From the NCBI GenBank assembly GCA_964016885.1, contig OZ024741.1, positions 408,766,001 through 408,830,000 of the forward strand: a stretch of 64,000 nt of DNA, read 5' to 3'. Positions 27,980 to 42,369 of this stretch are shown here, in pieces; the first letter of the stretch is position 1; every line of letters starts with the position of its first letter. Position numbers and translations under genes: made by a program. Source of the stretch: Eledone cirrhosa. Its lineage: Eukaryota. Below the pieces are notes generated by a model. The model did not search any database and was not told the origin of the DNA. It saw only the letters and a program-made list of their open reading frames with translations.

Positions 27980-30900
27980 GGGAGACTGTGTACCTATTTC
28001 AAAAGGAAGACTGTACCTATTTTAAAAGGGAAACTGTGTACCTATTTTAAAAGGGAAACTGTGTACCTATTTTAAAAGGAAGACTGTACCTATTTTAAAA
28101 GGGAGACTGTGTACCTATTTTAAAAGGGAGATTATTACCTATTTTAAAAGGAAGGCTGTACCTATTTTAAAAGGAAGACTGTGTACCTATTTTAAAAGGG
28201 AGATTATTACCTATTTTAAAAGGAAGACTGTACCTATTTTAAAAGGGAGACTGTGTACCTATTATAAAAGGGAGATTATTACCTATTTTAAAAGGAAGAC
28301 TGTACCTATTTTAAAAGGAAGACTGTGTACCTATTTTAAAAGGAAGATTGTACCTATTTTAAAAGGAAGACTGTACCTATTTTAAAAGGAAGACTGTGTA
28401 CCTATTTTAAAAGGAAGACTGTACCTATTTTAAAAAGAAGACTGTGTACCTATTTTAAAAGGGAGACTGTACCTATTTTAAAAGGAAGATGTGAACCTAT
28501 TTTAAAACGGAGACTGTACCTATTTTAAAAGGGAGACTGTACCTATTTTAAAAGGAAGACTGTGTACCTATTTTAAAAGGAAGACCGTGTACCTATTTTA
28601 AAAGGGAGACTGTACCTCTTTTAAAAGGAAGACTGTACCTATTTTAAAAGGAAGACTGTGTACCTATTTTAAAAGGGAGACTGTACCTATTTTAAAAAGA
28701 ACACTGTACTTATTTTAAAAGGAAGATTGTGTACCTATTTTAAATGGAAGACTGTACCTATTTTAAAAGGAAGACTGTGTACCTATTTTAAAAGGGAGAT
28801 TATTACCTATTTTAAAAGGAAGACTGTACCTATTTTAAAAGGAAGACTGTGTACCTATTTTAAAAGGAAGATTGTACCTATTTTAAAAGGAAGACTGTAC
28901 CTATTTTAAAAGGGAGACTGTGTACCTATTTTAAATGGAAGAATGTACCTATTTTAAAAGGAAGACTGTACCTATTTTAAAAGGAAGACTGTACCTATTT
29001 TAAAAAGAAGACTGTGTACCTATTTTAAAAGGGAGACTGTACCTATTTAAAAAGGAACATTGTACCTATTTTAAAAGGAAGACTGTGTATCTATTTTAAA
29101 AGGAAGACTGTACCTATTTTAAAAGGGAGACTGTACCTATTTTAAAAGGAAGACTGTACCTATTTTAAAAGGAAGATTGTGTACCTATTTTAAAAGGAAG
29201 TCTGTGTACCTATTTTAAAAGGAAGACTGTACCTATTTTAAAAGGAAGACTGTGTACCTATTTTAAAAGGGAGATTATTACCTATTTTAAAAGGAAGACT
29301 GTGTACCTATTTTAAAAGGAAGATTGTGTACCTATTTTAAAAGGAAGACTGTGTACCTATTTTAAAAGGAAGACTGTACCTATTTTAAAAGTAAGACAGT
29401 GTACCTATTTTAAAAGGGAGATTATTACCTATTTTAAAAGGAAGACTGTACCTATTTTAAAAGGAAGACTGTGTACCTATTTTAAAAGGAAGATTGTACC
29501 TATTTTAAAAGGACGACTGTACCTATTTTAAAAGGAAGACTGTTATACCTATTTTAAAAGGAAGACTGTACCTATTTTAAAAGGAAGACTGTACCTATTT
29601 TAAAAAGAAGACTGTGTACCTATTTTAAAAGGGAGACTGTACCTATTTAAAAAGGAACATTGTACCTATTTTAAAAGGAAGACTGTGTACCTATTTTAAA
29701 AGGAAGACTGTACCTATTTTAAAAGGGAGACTGTACCTATTTTAAAAGGAAGAGTGTGTACCTATTTTAAAAGGAAGACTTACCTATTTTAAAAGGAAGC
29801 CTGTGTACCTATTTTAAAAGGAAGATGTGAACCTATTTTAAAACGGAGACTGTACCTATTTTAATAGGGAGACTGTACCTATTTTAAAAGGAAGACTGTG
29901 TATCTATTTTAAAAGGGAGACTGTGTACTTATTTTAAAAGGAAGACTGCGTACCTATTTTAAGAGGAAAACTGTACCTATTTTAAAAGGGAGACTGTGTA
30001 CCTATTTCAAAAGGAAGACTGTACCTATTTTAAAAGGGAAACTGTGTACCTATTTTAAAAGGGAGACTGTGTACCTATTTTAAAAGGAAGACTGTACCTA
30101 TTTTAAAAGGGAGACAGTGTACCTATTTTAAAAGGGAGACTGTGTACCTATTTTAAAAGGGAGATTATTACCTATTTTAAAAGGAAGACTGTACCTATTT
30201 TAAAAGGAAGCCTGTGTACCTATTTTAAAAGGAAGATTGTACCTATTTTAAAAGTAAGATGTGAACCTATTTTAAAACGGAGACTGTACCTATTTTAAAA
30301 GGGAGACTGTACCTATTTTAAAAGGAAGACTGTGTATCTATTTTAAAAGGGAGACTGTGTACTTATTTTAAAAGGAAGACTGCGTACCTATTTTAAGAGG
30401 AAAACTGTACCTATTTTAAAAGGGAGACTGTGTACCTATTTCAAAAGGAAGACTGTACCTATTTTAAAAGGGAAACTGTGTACCTATTTTAAAAGGGAGA
30501 CTGTGTACCTATTTTAAAAGGAAGACTGTACCTATTTTAAAAGGGAGACTGTGTACCTATTTTAAAAGGGAGATTATTACCTATTTTAAAAGGAAGACTG
30601 TACCTATTTTAAAAGGAAGACTGTGTACCTATTTTAAAAGGGAGATTATTACCTATTTTAAAAGGAAGGCTGTACCTATTTTAAAAGGAAGACTGTGTAC
30701 CTATTTTAAAAGGGAGCTTATTACCTATTTTAAAAGGAAGACTGTACCTATTTTAAAAGGGAGACTGTGTACCTATTTTAAAAGGGAGATTATTACCTAT
30801 TTTAAAAGGAAGACTGTACCTATTTTAAAAGGAAGACTGTGTACCTATTTTAAAAGGAAGATTGTACCTATTTTAAAAGGAAGACTGTACCTATTTTAAA

Positions 30901-33900
30901 AGGAAGACTGTGTACCTATTTTAAAAGGAAGACTGTACCTATTTTAAAAGGGAGACTGTGTACCTATTTTAAAAGGAAGAATGTACCTATTTTAAAAGGA
31001 AGACTGTACCTATTTTAAAAGGAAGACTGTACCTATTTTAAAAAGAAGACTGTGTACCTATTTTAAAAGGGAGACTGTACCTATTTTAAAAGGAAGATGT
31101 GAACCTATTTTAAAACGGAGACTGTACCTATTTTAAAAGGGAGACTGTACCTATTTTAAAAGGAAGACTGTGTACCTATTTTAAAAGGAAGACCGTGTAC
31201 CTATTTTAAAAGGGAGACTGTACCTATTTTAAAAGGAAGACTGTACCTATTTTAAAAGGAAGACTGTGTACCTATTTTAAAAGGGAGACTGTACCTATTT
31301 TAAAAAGAACACTGTACCTATTTTAAAAGGAAGATTGTGTACCTATTTTAAATGGAAGACTGTGTACCTATTTTAAAAGGAAGACTGTACCTATTTTAAA
31401 ACGAAGACTGTGTACCTATTTTAAAAGGGAGATTATTACCTATTTTAAAAGGAAGACTGTACCTATTTTAAAAGGAAGACTGTGTACCTATTTTAAAAGG
31501 AAGATTGTACCTATTTTAAAAGGAAGACTGTACCTATTTTAAAAAGAAGACTGTGTACCTATTTTAAAAGGGAGACTGTACCTATTTAAAAAGGAACATT
31601 GTACCTATTTTAAAAGGAATACTGTGTATCTATTTTAAAAGGAAGACTGTACCTATTTTAAAAGGGAGACTGTACCTATTTTAAAAGGAAGACTGTACCT
31701 ATTTTAAAAGGAAGATTGTGTACCTATTTTAAAAGGGAGACTGTGTACCTATTTCAAAAGGAAGACTGTACCTATTTTAAAAGGGAAACTGTGTACCTAT
31801 TTTAAAAGGGAAACTGTGTACCTATTTTAAAAGGAAGACTGTACCTATTTTAAAAGGGAGACTGTGTACCTATTTTAAAAGGGAGATTATTACCTATTTT
31901 AAAAGGAAGGCTGTACCTATTTTAAAAGGAAGACTGTGTACCTATTTTAAAAGGGAGATTATTACCTATTTTAAAAGGAAGACTGTACCTATTTTAAAAG
32001 GGAGACTGTGTACCTATTATAAAAGGGAGATTATTACCTATTTTAAAAGGAAGACTGTACCTATTTTAAAAGGAAGACTGTGTACCTATTTTAAAAGGAA
32101 GATTGTACCTATTTTAAAAGGAAGACTGTACCTATTTTAAAAGGAAGACTGTGTACCTATTTTAAAAGGAAGACTGTACCTATTTTAAAAAGAAGACTGT
32201 GTACCTATTTTAAAAGGGAGACTGTACCTATTTTAAAAGGAAGATGTGAACCTATTTTAAAACGGAGACTGTACCTATTTTAAAAGGGAGACTGTACCTA
32301 TTTTAAAAGGAAGACTGTGTACCTATTTTAAAAGGAAGACCGTGTACCTATTTTAAAAGGGAGACTGTACCTCTTTTAAAAGAAGACTGTACCTATTTTA
32401 AAAGGAAGACTGTGTACCTATTTTAAAAGGGAGACTGTACCTATTTTAAAAAGAACACTGTACTTATTTTAAAAGGAAGATTGTGTACCTATTTTAAATG
32501 GAAGACTGTACCTATTTTAAAAGGAAGACTGTGTACCTATTTTAAAAGGGAGATTATTACCTATTTTAAAAGGAAGACTGTACCTATTTTAAAAGGAAGA
32601 CTGTGTACCTATTTTAAAAGGAAGATTGTACCTATTTTAAAAGGAAGACTGTACCTATTTTAAAAGGGAGACTGTGTACCTATTTTAAATGGAAGAATGT
32701 ACCTATTTTAAAAGGAAGACTGTACCTATTTTAAAAGGAAGACTGTACCTATTTTAAAAAGAAGACTGTGTACCTATTTTAAAAGGGAGACTGTACCTAT
32801 TTAAAAAGGAACATTGTACCTATTTTAAAAGGAAGACTGTGTATCTATTTTAAAAGGAAGACTGTACCTATTTTAAAAGGGAGACTGTACCTATTTTAAA
32901 AGGAAGACTGTACCTATTTTAAAAGGAAGATTGTGTACCTATTTTAAAAGGAAGTCTGTGTACCTATTTTAAAAGGAAGACTGTACCTATTTTAAAAGGA
33001 AGACTGTGTACCTATTTTAAAAGGGAGATTATTACCTATTTTAAAAGGAAGACTGTGTACCTATTTTAAAAGGAAGATTGTGTACCTATTTTAAAAGGAA
33101 GACTGTGTACCTATTTTAAAAGGAAGACTGTACCTATTTTAAAAGTAAGACAGTGTACCTATTTTAAAAGGGAGATTATTACCTATTTTAAAAGGAAGAC
33201 TGTACCTATTTTAAAAGGAAGACTGTGTACCTATTTTAAAAGGAAGATTGTACCTATTTTAAAAGGACGACTGTACCTATTTTAAAAGGAAGACTGTTAT
33301 ACCTATTTTAAAAGGAAGACTGTACCTATTTTAAAAGGAAGACTGTACCTATTTTAAAAAGAAGACTGTGTACCTATTTTAAAAGGGAGACTGTACCTAT
33401 TTAAAAAGGAACATTGTACCTATTTTAAAAGGAAGACTGTGTACCTATTTTAAAAGGAAGACTGTACCTATTTTAAAAGGGAGACTGTACCTATTTTAAA
33501 AGGAAGAGTGTGTACCTATTTTAAAAGGAAGACTTACCTATTTTAAAAGGAAGCCTGTGTACCTATTTTAAAAGGAAGATGTGAACCTATTTTAAAACGG
33601 AGACTGTACCTATTTTAATAGGGAGACTGTACCTATTTTAAAAGGAAGACTGTGTATCTATTTTAAAAGGGAGACTGTGTACTTATTTTAAAAGGAAGAC
33701 TGCGTACCTATTTTAAGAGGAAAACTGTACCTATTTTAAAAGGGAGACTGTGTACCTATTTCAAAAGGAAGACTGTACCTATTTTAAAAGGGAAACTGTG
33801 TACCTATTTTAAAAGGGAGACTGTGTACCTATTTTAAAAGGAAGACTGTACCTATTTTAAAAGGGAGACAGTGTACCTATTTTAAAAGGGAGACTGTGTA

Positions 33901-35490
33901 CCTATTTTAAAAGGGAGATTATTACCTATTTTAAAAGGAAGACTGTACCTATTTTAAAAGGAAGCCTGTGTACCTATTTTAAAAGGAAGATTGTACCTAT
34001 TTTAAAAGGAAGATGTGAACCTATTTTAAAACGGAGACTGTACCTATTTTAAAAGGGAGACTGTACCTATTTTAAAAGGAAGACTGTGTATCTATTTTAA
34101 AAGGGAGACTGTGTACTTATTTTAAAAGGAAGACTGCGTACCTATTTTAAGAGGAAAACTGTACCTATTTTAAAAGGGAGACTGTGTACCTATTTCAAAA
34201 GGAAGACTGTACCTATTTTAAAAGGGAAACTGTGTACCTATTTTAAAAGGGAGACTGTGTACCTATTTTAAAAGGAAGACTGTACCTATTTTAAAAGGGA
34301 GACTGTGTACCTATTTTAAAAGGGAGATTATTACCTATTTTAAAAGGAAGACTGTACCTATTTTAAAAGGAAGACTGTGTACCTATTTTAAAAGGGAGAT
34401 TATTACCTATTTTAAAAGGAAGGCTGTACCTATTTTAAAAGGAAGACTGTGTACCTATTTTAAAAGGGAGCTTATTACCTATTTTAAAAGGAAGACTGTA
34501 CCTATTTTAAAAGGGAGACTGTGTACCTATTTTAAAAGGGAGATTATTACCTATTTTAAAAGGAAGACTGTACCTATTTTAAAAGGAAGACTGTGTACCT
34601 ATTTTAAAAGGAAGATTGTACCTATTTTAAAAGGAAGACTGTACCTATTTTAAAAGGAAGACTGTGTACCTATTTTAAAAGGAAGACTGTACCTATTTTA
34701 AAAGGGAGACTGTGTACCTATTTTAAAAGGAAGAATGTACCTATTTTAAAAGGAAGACTGTACCTATTTTAAAAGGAAGACTGTACCTATTTTAAAAAGA
34801 AGACTGTGTACCTATTTTAAAAGGGAGACTGTACCTATTTTAAAAGGAAGATGTGAACCTATTTTAAAACGGAGACTGTACCTATTTTAAAAGGGAGACT
34901 GTACCTATTTTAAAAGGAAGACTGTGTACCTATTTTAAAAGGAAGACCGTGTACCTATTTTAAAAGGGAGACTGTACCTATTTTAAAAGGAAGACTGTAC
35001 CTATTTTAAAAGGAAGACTGTGTACCTATTTTAAAAGGGAGACTGTACCTATTTTAAAAAGAACACTGTACCTATTTTAAAAGGAAGATTGTGTACCTAT
35101 TTTAAATGGAAGACTGTGTACCTATTTTAAAAGGAAGACTGTACCTATTTTAAAAGGAAGACTGTGTACCTATTTTAAAAGGGAGATTATTACCTATTTT
35201 AAAAGGAAGACTGTACCTATTTTAAAAGGAAGACTGTGTACCTATTTTAAAAGGAAGATTGTACCTATTTTAAAAGGAAGACTGTACCTATTTTAAAAAG
35301 AAGACTGTGTACCTATTTTAAAAGGGAGACTGTACCTATTTAAAAAGGAACATTGTACCTATTTTAAAAGGAATACTGTGTATCTATTTTAAAAGGAAGA
35401 CTGTACCTATTTTAAAAGGGAGACTGTACCTATTTTAAAAGGAAGACTGTACCTATTTTAAAAGGAAGATTGTGTACCTATTTTAAAAGG
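27980..35490. repeat. Tandem higher-order duplication, period 3,754-3,755 bp
   Basis: ATTATAAAAG at 28261/32016, identical ORFs at 28727/32481, GGAAT at 31616/35370. Private markers CCTCTTTT, GAAGTCTGTG, GACTTACC and GGAGCTTATT are present in both copies. Confidence 0.92.
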
Positions 35491-36049
35491 AAGACTGTGT
35501 ACCTATTTTAAAAGGAAGACTGTACCTATTTTAAAAGGAAGACTGTGTACCTATTTTAAAAGGGAGATTATTACCTATTTTAAAAGGAAGACTGTACCTA
35601 TTTTAAAAGGAAGACTGTGTACCTATTTTAAAAGGAAGATTGTGTACCTATTTTAAAAGGAAGACTGTGTACCTATTTTAAAAGGAAGACTGTACCTATT
35701 TTAAAAGTAAGACTGTGTACCTATTTTAAAAGGGAGATTATTACCTATTTTAAAAGGAAGACTGTACCTATTTTAAAAGGAAGACTGTGTACCTATTTTA
35801 AAAGGAAGATTGTACCTATTTTAAAAGGACGACTGTACCTATTTTAAAAGGAAGACTGTTATACCTATTTTAAAAGGAAGACTGTACCTATTTTAAAAGG
35901 AAGACTGTACCTATTTTAAAAAGAAGACTGTGTACCTATTTTAAAAGGGAGACTGTACCTATTTAAAAAGGAACATTGTACCTATTTTAAAAGGAAGACT
36001 GTGTACCTATTTTAAAAGGAAGACTGTACCTATTTTAAAAGGGAGACTG

Positions 36050-39000
36050 TACCTATTTTAAAAGGAAGACTGTGTACCTATTTTAAAAGGAAGTCTGTAC
36101 CTATTTTAAAAGGGAGACTGTACCTATTTTAAAAGGAAGAGTGTGTACCTATTTTAAAAGGAAGACTGTACCTATTTTAAAAGGAAGACTGTACCTATTT
36201 TAAAAGGGAGACTGTGTACCTATTTTAAAAGGGAGACTGTGTACCTATTTTAAAAGGGAGATTATTACCTATTTTAAAAGGAAGACTGTACCTATTTTAA
36301 AAGGAAGCCTGTGTACCTATTTTAAAAGGAAGATTGTACCTATTTTAAAAGGAAGATGTGAACCTATTTTAAAACGGAGACTGTACCTATTTTAAAAGGA
36401 AGATTGTACCTATTTTAAAAGGAAACTGTGTACCTATTTTAAAAGGGAGACTGTGTACCTATTTTAAAAGGAAGACTGTACCTATTTTAAAAGGGAGACT
36501 GTGTACCTATTTTAAAAGGGAGATTATTACCTATTTTAAAAGGAAGACTGTACCTATTTTAAAAGGAAGACTGTGTACCTATTTTAAAAGGGAGATTATT
36601 ACCTATTTTAAAAGGAAGGCTGTACCTATTTTAAAAGGAAGACTGTGTACCTATTTTAAAAGGGAGATTATTACCTATTTTAAAAGGAAGACTGTGCCTA
36701 TTTTAAAAGGGAGACTGTGTACCTATTTTAAAAGGGAGATTATTACCTATTTTAAAAGGAAGACTGTACCTATTTTAAAAGGAAGACTGTGTACCTATTT
36801 TAAAAGGAAGATTGTACCTATTTTAAAAGGAAGACTGTACCTATTTTAAAAGGAAGACTGTGTACCTATTTTAAAAGGAAGACTGTACCTATTTTAAAAG
36901 GGAGACTGTGTACCTATTTTAAAAGGAAGAATGTACCTATTTTAAAAGGAAGACTGTACCTATTTTAAAAGGAAGACTGTACCTATTTTAAAAAGAAGAC
37001 TGTGTACCTATTTTAAAAGGAAGACTGTACCTATTTTAAAAGGGAGACTGTACCTATTTTAAAAGGAAGAGTGTGTACCTATTTTAAAAGGAAGACTGTA
37101 CCTATTTTAAAAGGAAGCCTGTGTACCTATTTTAAAAGGAAGATTGTACCTATTTTAAAAGGAAGATGTGTACCTATTTTAAAACGGAGACTGTACCTAT
37201 TTTAAAAGGAAGATTGTGTACCTATTTTAAATGGAAGACTGTGTACCTATTTTAAAAGGAAGACTGTACCTATTTTAAAAGGAAGACTGTGTACCTATTT
37301 TAAAAGGGAGATTATTACCTATTTTAAAAGGAAGACTGTACCTATTTTAAAAGGAAGACTGTGTACCTATTTTAAAAGGAAGATTGTACCTATTTTAAAA
37401 GGAAGCCTGTGTACCTATTTTAAAAGGAAGATTGTACCTATTTTAAAAGGAAGATGTGAACCTATTTTAAAACGGAGATTGTACCTATTTTAAAAGGGAG
37501 ACTGTGTACCTATTTCAAAAGGAAGACTGTACCTATTTTAAAAGGGAAACTGTGTACCTATTTTAAAAGGGAGACTGTGTACCTATTTTAAAAGGAAGAC
37601 TGTACCTATTTTAAAAGGGAGACTGTGTACCTATTTTAAAAGGGAGATTATTACCTATTTTAAAAGGAAGACTGTACCTATTTTAAAAGGAAGACTGTGT
37701 ACCTATTTTAAAAGGGAGATTATTACCTATTTTAAAAGGAAGGCTGTACCTATTTTAAAAGGAAGACTGTGTACCTATTTTAAAAGGGAGCTTATTACCT
37801 ATTTTAAAAGGAAGACTGTACCTATTTTAAAAGGGAGACTGTGTACCTATTTTAAAAGGGAGATTATTACCTATTTTAAAAGGAAGACTGTACCTATTTT
37901 AAAAGGAAGACTGTGTACCTATTTTAAAAGGAAGATTGTACCTATTTTAAAAGGAAGACTGTACCTATTTTAAAAGGAAGACTGTGTACCTATTTTAAAA
38001 GGAAGACTGTACCTATTTTAAAAGGGAGACTGTGTACCTATTTTAAAAGGAAGAATGTACCTATTTTAAAAGGAAGACTGTACCTATTTTAAAAGGAAGA
38101 CTGTACCTATTTTAAAAAGAAGACTGTGTACCTATTTTAAAAGGGAGACTGTACCTATTTTAAAAGGAAGATGTGAACCTATTTTAAAACGGAGACTGTA
38201 CCTATTTTAAAAGGGAGACTGTACCTATTTTAAAAGGAAGACTGTGTACCTATTTTAAAAGGAAGACCGTGTACCTATTTTAAAAGGGAGACTGTACCTA
38301 TTTTAAAAGGAAGACTGTACCTATTTTAAAAGGAAGACTGTGTACCTATTTTAAAAGGGAGACTGTACCTATTTTAAAAAGAACACTGTACCTATTTTAA
38401 AAGGAAGATTGTGTACCTATTTTAAATGGAAGACTGTGTACCTATTTTAAAAGGAAGACTGTACCTATTTTAAAAGGAAGACTGTGTACCTATTTTAAAA
38501 GGGAGATTATTACCTATTTTAAAAGGAAGACTGTACCTATTTTAAAAGGAAGACTGTGTACCTATTTTAAAAGGAAGATTGTACCTATTTTAAAAGGAAG
38601 ACTGTACCTATTTTAAAAGGAAGACTGTGTACCTATTTTAAAAGGAAGACTGTACCTATTTTAAAAGGGAGACTGTGTACCTATTTTAAATGGAAGAATG
38701 TACCTATTTTAAAAGGAAGACTGTACCTATTTTAAAAGGGAGACTGTACCTATTTTAAAAGGAAGACTGTGTACCAATTTTAAAAGGAAGTCTGTACCTA
38801 TTTTAAAAGGGAGACTGTACCTATTTTAAAAGGAAGAGTGTGTACCTATTTTAAAAGGAAGACTGTACCTATTTTAAAAGGAAGACTGTACCTATTTTAA
38901 AAGGGAGACTGTGTACCTATTTTAAAAGGGAGACTGTGTACCTATTTTAAAAGGGAGATTATTACCTATTTTAAAAGGAAGACTGTACCTATTTTAAAAG

Positions 39001-41500
39001 GAAGCCTGTGTACCTATTTTAAAAGGAAGATGTGAACCTATTTTAAAACGGAGACTGTACCTATTTTAAAAGGAAGATTGTACCTATTTTAAAAGGAAAC
39101 TGTGTACCTATTTTAAAAGGGAGACTGTGTACCTATTTTAAAAGGAAGACTGTACCTACTTTAAAAGGGAGACTGTGTACCTATTTTAAAAGGGAGATTA
39201 TTACCTATTTTAAAAGGAAGACTGTACCTATTTTAAAAGGAAGACTGTGTACCTATTTTAAAAGGGAGATTATTACCTATTTTAAAAGGAAGGCTGTACC
39301 TATTTTAAAAGGAAGACTGTGTACCTATTTTAAAAGGGAGATTATTACCTATTTTAAAAGGAAGACTGTGCCTATTTTAAAAGGGAGACTGTGTACCTAT
39401 TTTAAAAGGGAGATTATTACCTATTTTAAAAGGAAGACTGTACCTATTTTAAAAGGAAGACTGTGTACCTATTTTAAAAGGAAGATTGTACCTATTTTAA
39501 AAGGAAGACTGTACCTATTTTAAAAGGAAGACTGTGTACCTATTTTAAAAGGAAGACTGTACCTATTTTAAAAGGGAGACTGTGTACCTATTTTAAAAGG
39601 AAGAATGTACCTATTTTAAAAGGAAGACTGTACCTATTTTAAAAGGAAGACTGTACCTATTTTAAAAAGAAGACTGTGTACCTATTTTAAAAGGAAGACT
39701 GTACCTATTTTAAAAGGGAGACTGTACCTATTTTAAAAGGAAGAGTGTGTACCTATTTTAAAAGGAAGACTGTACCTATTTTAAAAGGAAGCCTGTGTAC
39801 CTATTTTAAAAGGAAGATTGTACCTATTTTAAAAGGAAGATGTGTACCTATTTTAAAACGGAGACTGTACCTATTTTAAAAGGAAGATTGTGTACCTATT
39901 TTAAATGGAAGACTGTGTACCTATTTTAAAAGGAAGACTGTACCTATTTTAAAAGGAAGACTGTGTACCTATTTTAAAAGGGAGATTATTACCTATTTTA
40001 AAAGGAAGACTGTACCTATTTTAAAAGGAAGACTGTGTACCTATTTTAAAAGGAAGATTGTACCTATTTTAAAAGGAAGCCTGTGTACCTATTTTAAAAG
40101 GAAGATTGTACCTATTTTAAAAGGAAGATGTGAACCTATTTTAAAACGGAGACTGTACCTATTTTAAAAGGGAGACTGTACCTATTTTAAAAGGAAGACT
40201 GTGTATCTATTTTAAAAGGGAGACTGTGTACTTATTTTAAAAGGAAGACTGTGTACCTATTTTAAGAGGAAAACTGTACCTATTTTAAAAGGGAGACTGT
40301 GTACCTATTTCAAAAGGAAGACTGTACCTATTTTAAAAGGGAAACTGTGTACCTATTTTAAAAGGGAGACTGTGTACCTATTTTAAAAGGAAGACTGTAC
40401 CTATTTTAAAAGGGAGGCTGTGTACCTATTTTAAAAGGGAGACTGTGTACCTATTTTAAAAGGGAGATTATTACCTATTTTAAAAGGAAGACTGTGCCTA
40501 TTTTAAAAGGGAGACTGTGTACCTATTTTAAAAGGGATATTATTACCTATTTTAAAAGGAAGACTGTACCTATTTTAAAAGGAAGACTGTGTACCTATTT
40601 TAAAAGGAAGATTGTACCTATTTTAAAAGGAAGACTGTACCTATTTTAAAAGGAAGACTGTGTACCTATTTTAAAAGGAAGACTGTACCTATTTTAAAAG
40701 GGAGACTGTGTACCTATTTTAAAAGGAAGAATGTACCTATTTTAAAAGGAAGACTGTACCTATTTTAAAAGGAAGACTGTACCTATTTTAAAAAGAAGAC
40801 TGTGTACCTATTTTAAAAGGAAGACTGTACCTATTTTAAAAGGGAGACTGTACCTATTTTAAAAGGAAGAGTGTGTACCTATTTTAAAAGGAAGACTGTA
40901 CCTATTTTAAAAGGAAGCCTGTGTACCTATTTTAAAAGGAAGATTGTACCTATTTTAAAAGGAAGATGTGTATCTATTTTAAAACGGAGACTGTACCTAT
41001 TTTAAAAGGAAGATTGTGTACCTATTTTAAATGGAAGACTGTGTACCTATTTTAAAAGGAAGACTGTACCTATTTTAAAAGGAAGACTGTGTACCTATTT
41101 TAAAAGGGAGATTATTACCTATTTTAAAAGGAAGACTGTACCTATTTTAAAAGGAAGACTGTGTACCTATTTTAAAAGGAAGATTGTACCTATTTTAAAA
41201 GGAAGCCTGTGTACCTATTTTAAAAGGAAGATTGTACCTATTTTAAAAGGAAGATGTGAACCTATTTTAAAACGGAGACTGTACCTATTTTAAAAGGGAG
41301 ACTGTACCTATTTTAAAAGGAAGACTGTGTATCTATTTTAAAAGGGAGACTGTGTACTTATTTTAAAAGGAAGACTGTGTACCTATTTTAAGAGGAAAAC
41401 TGTACCTATTTTAAAAGGGAGACTGTGTACCTATTTCAAAAGGAAGACTGTACCTATTTTAAAAGGGAGGCTGTGTACCTATTTTAAAAGGGAGACTGTG
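36050..41500. repeat. Higher-order block with ~2.67-kb and ~1.13-kb duplications
   Basis: ACTGTGCCTA at 36691, 39365 and 40491; GATGTGTA(C/T)C...AAAACGG at 37165, 39839 and 40975; AAGTCTGTAC at 36091 and 38788. Confidence 0.75.
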
Positions 41501-42369
41501 TACCTATTTTAAAAGGGAGATTATTACCTATTTTAAAAGGAAGACTGTACCTATTTTAAAAGGAAGACTGTGTACCTATTTAAAAGGAAGATTGTACCTA
41601 TTTTAAAAGGAAGACTGTACCTATTTTAAAAGGAAGACTGTGTACCTATTTTAAAAGGAAGACTGTACCTATTTTAAAAGGGAGACTGTGTACCTATTTT
41701 AAAAGGAAGAATGTACCTATTTTAAAAGGAAGACTGTACCTATTTTAAAAGGAAGACTGTACCTATTTTAAAAAGAAGACTGTGTACCTATTTTAAAAGG
41801 AGACTGTACCTATTTTAAAAGGAAGATGTGAACCTATTTTAAAACGGAGACTGTACCTATTTTAAAAGGGAGACTGTACCTATTTTAAAAGGAAGACTGT
41901 GTACCTATTTAAAAAGGAAGACCGTGTACCTATTTTAAAAGGGAGACTGTACCTATTTTAAAAGGAAGACTGTACCTATTTTAAAAGGAAGACTGTGTAC
42001 CTATTTTAAAAGGGAGACTGTACCTATTTTAAAAAGAACACTGTACCTATTTTAAAAGGAAGATTGTGTACCTATTTTAAATGGAAGACTGTGTACCTAT
42101 TTTAAAAGGAAGACTGTACCTATTTTAAAAGGAAGACTGTGTACCTATTTTAAAAGGGAGATTATTACCTATTTTAAAAGGAAGACTGTACCTATTTTAA
42201 AAGGAAGACTGTGTACCTATTTTAAAAGGAAGATTGTACCTATTTTAAAAGGAAGACTGTACCTATTTTAAAAGGGAGACTGTGTACCTATTTTAAATGG
42301 AAGAATGTACCTATTTTAAAAGGAAGGCTGTACCTATTTTAAAAGGAAGACTGTACCTATTTAAAAAGA

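Noticed and set aside
28727-28909. 60-aa ORF MCTYFKWKTVPILKGRL...
   Set aside because: It is the translation of satellite monomers (23+25=48 bp gives a 16-aa repeat, 24-bp monomers keep frame) with a TTG start from a variant monomer. There is no unique sequence or expression signal.
32481-32663. Second identical 60-aa ORF
   Set aside because: It is a passive copy inside the 3,754-bp duplication and not evidence of coding conservation.
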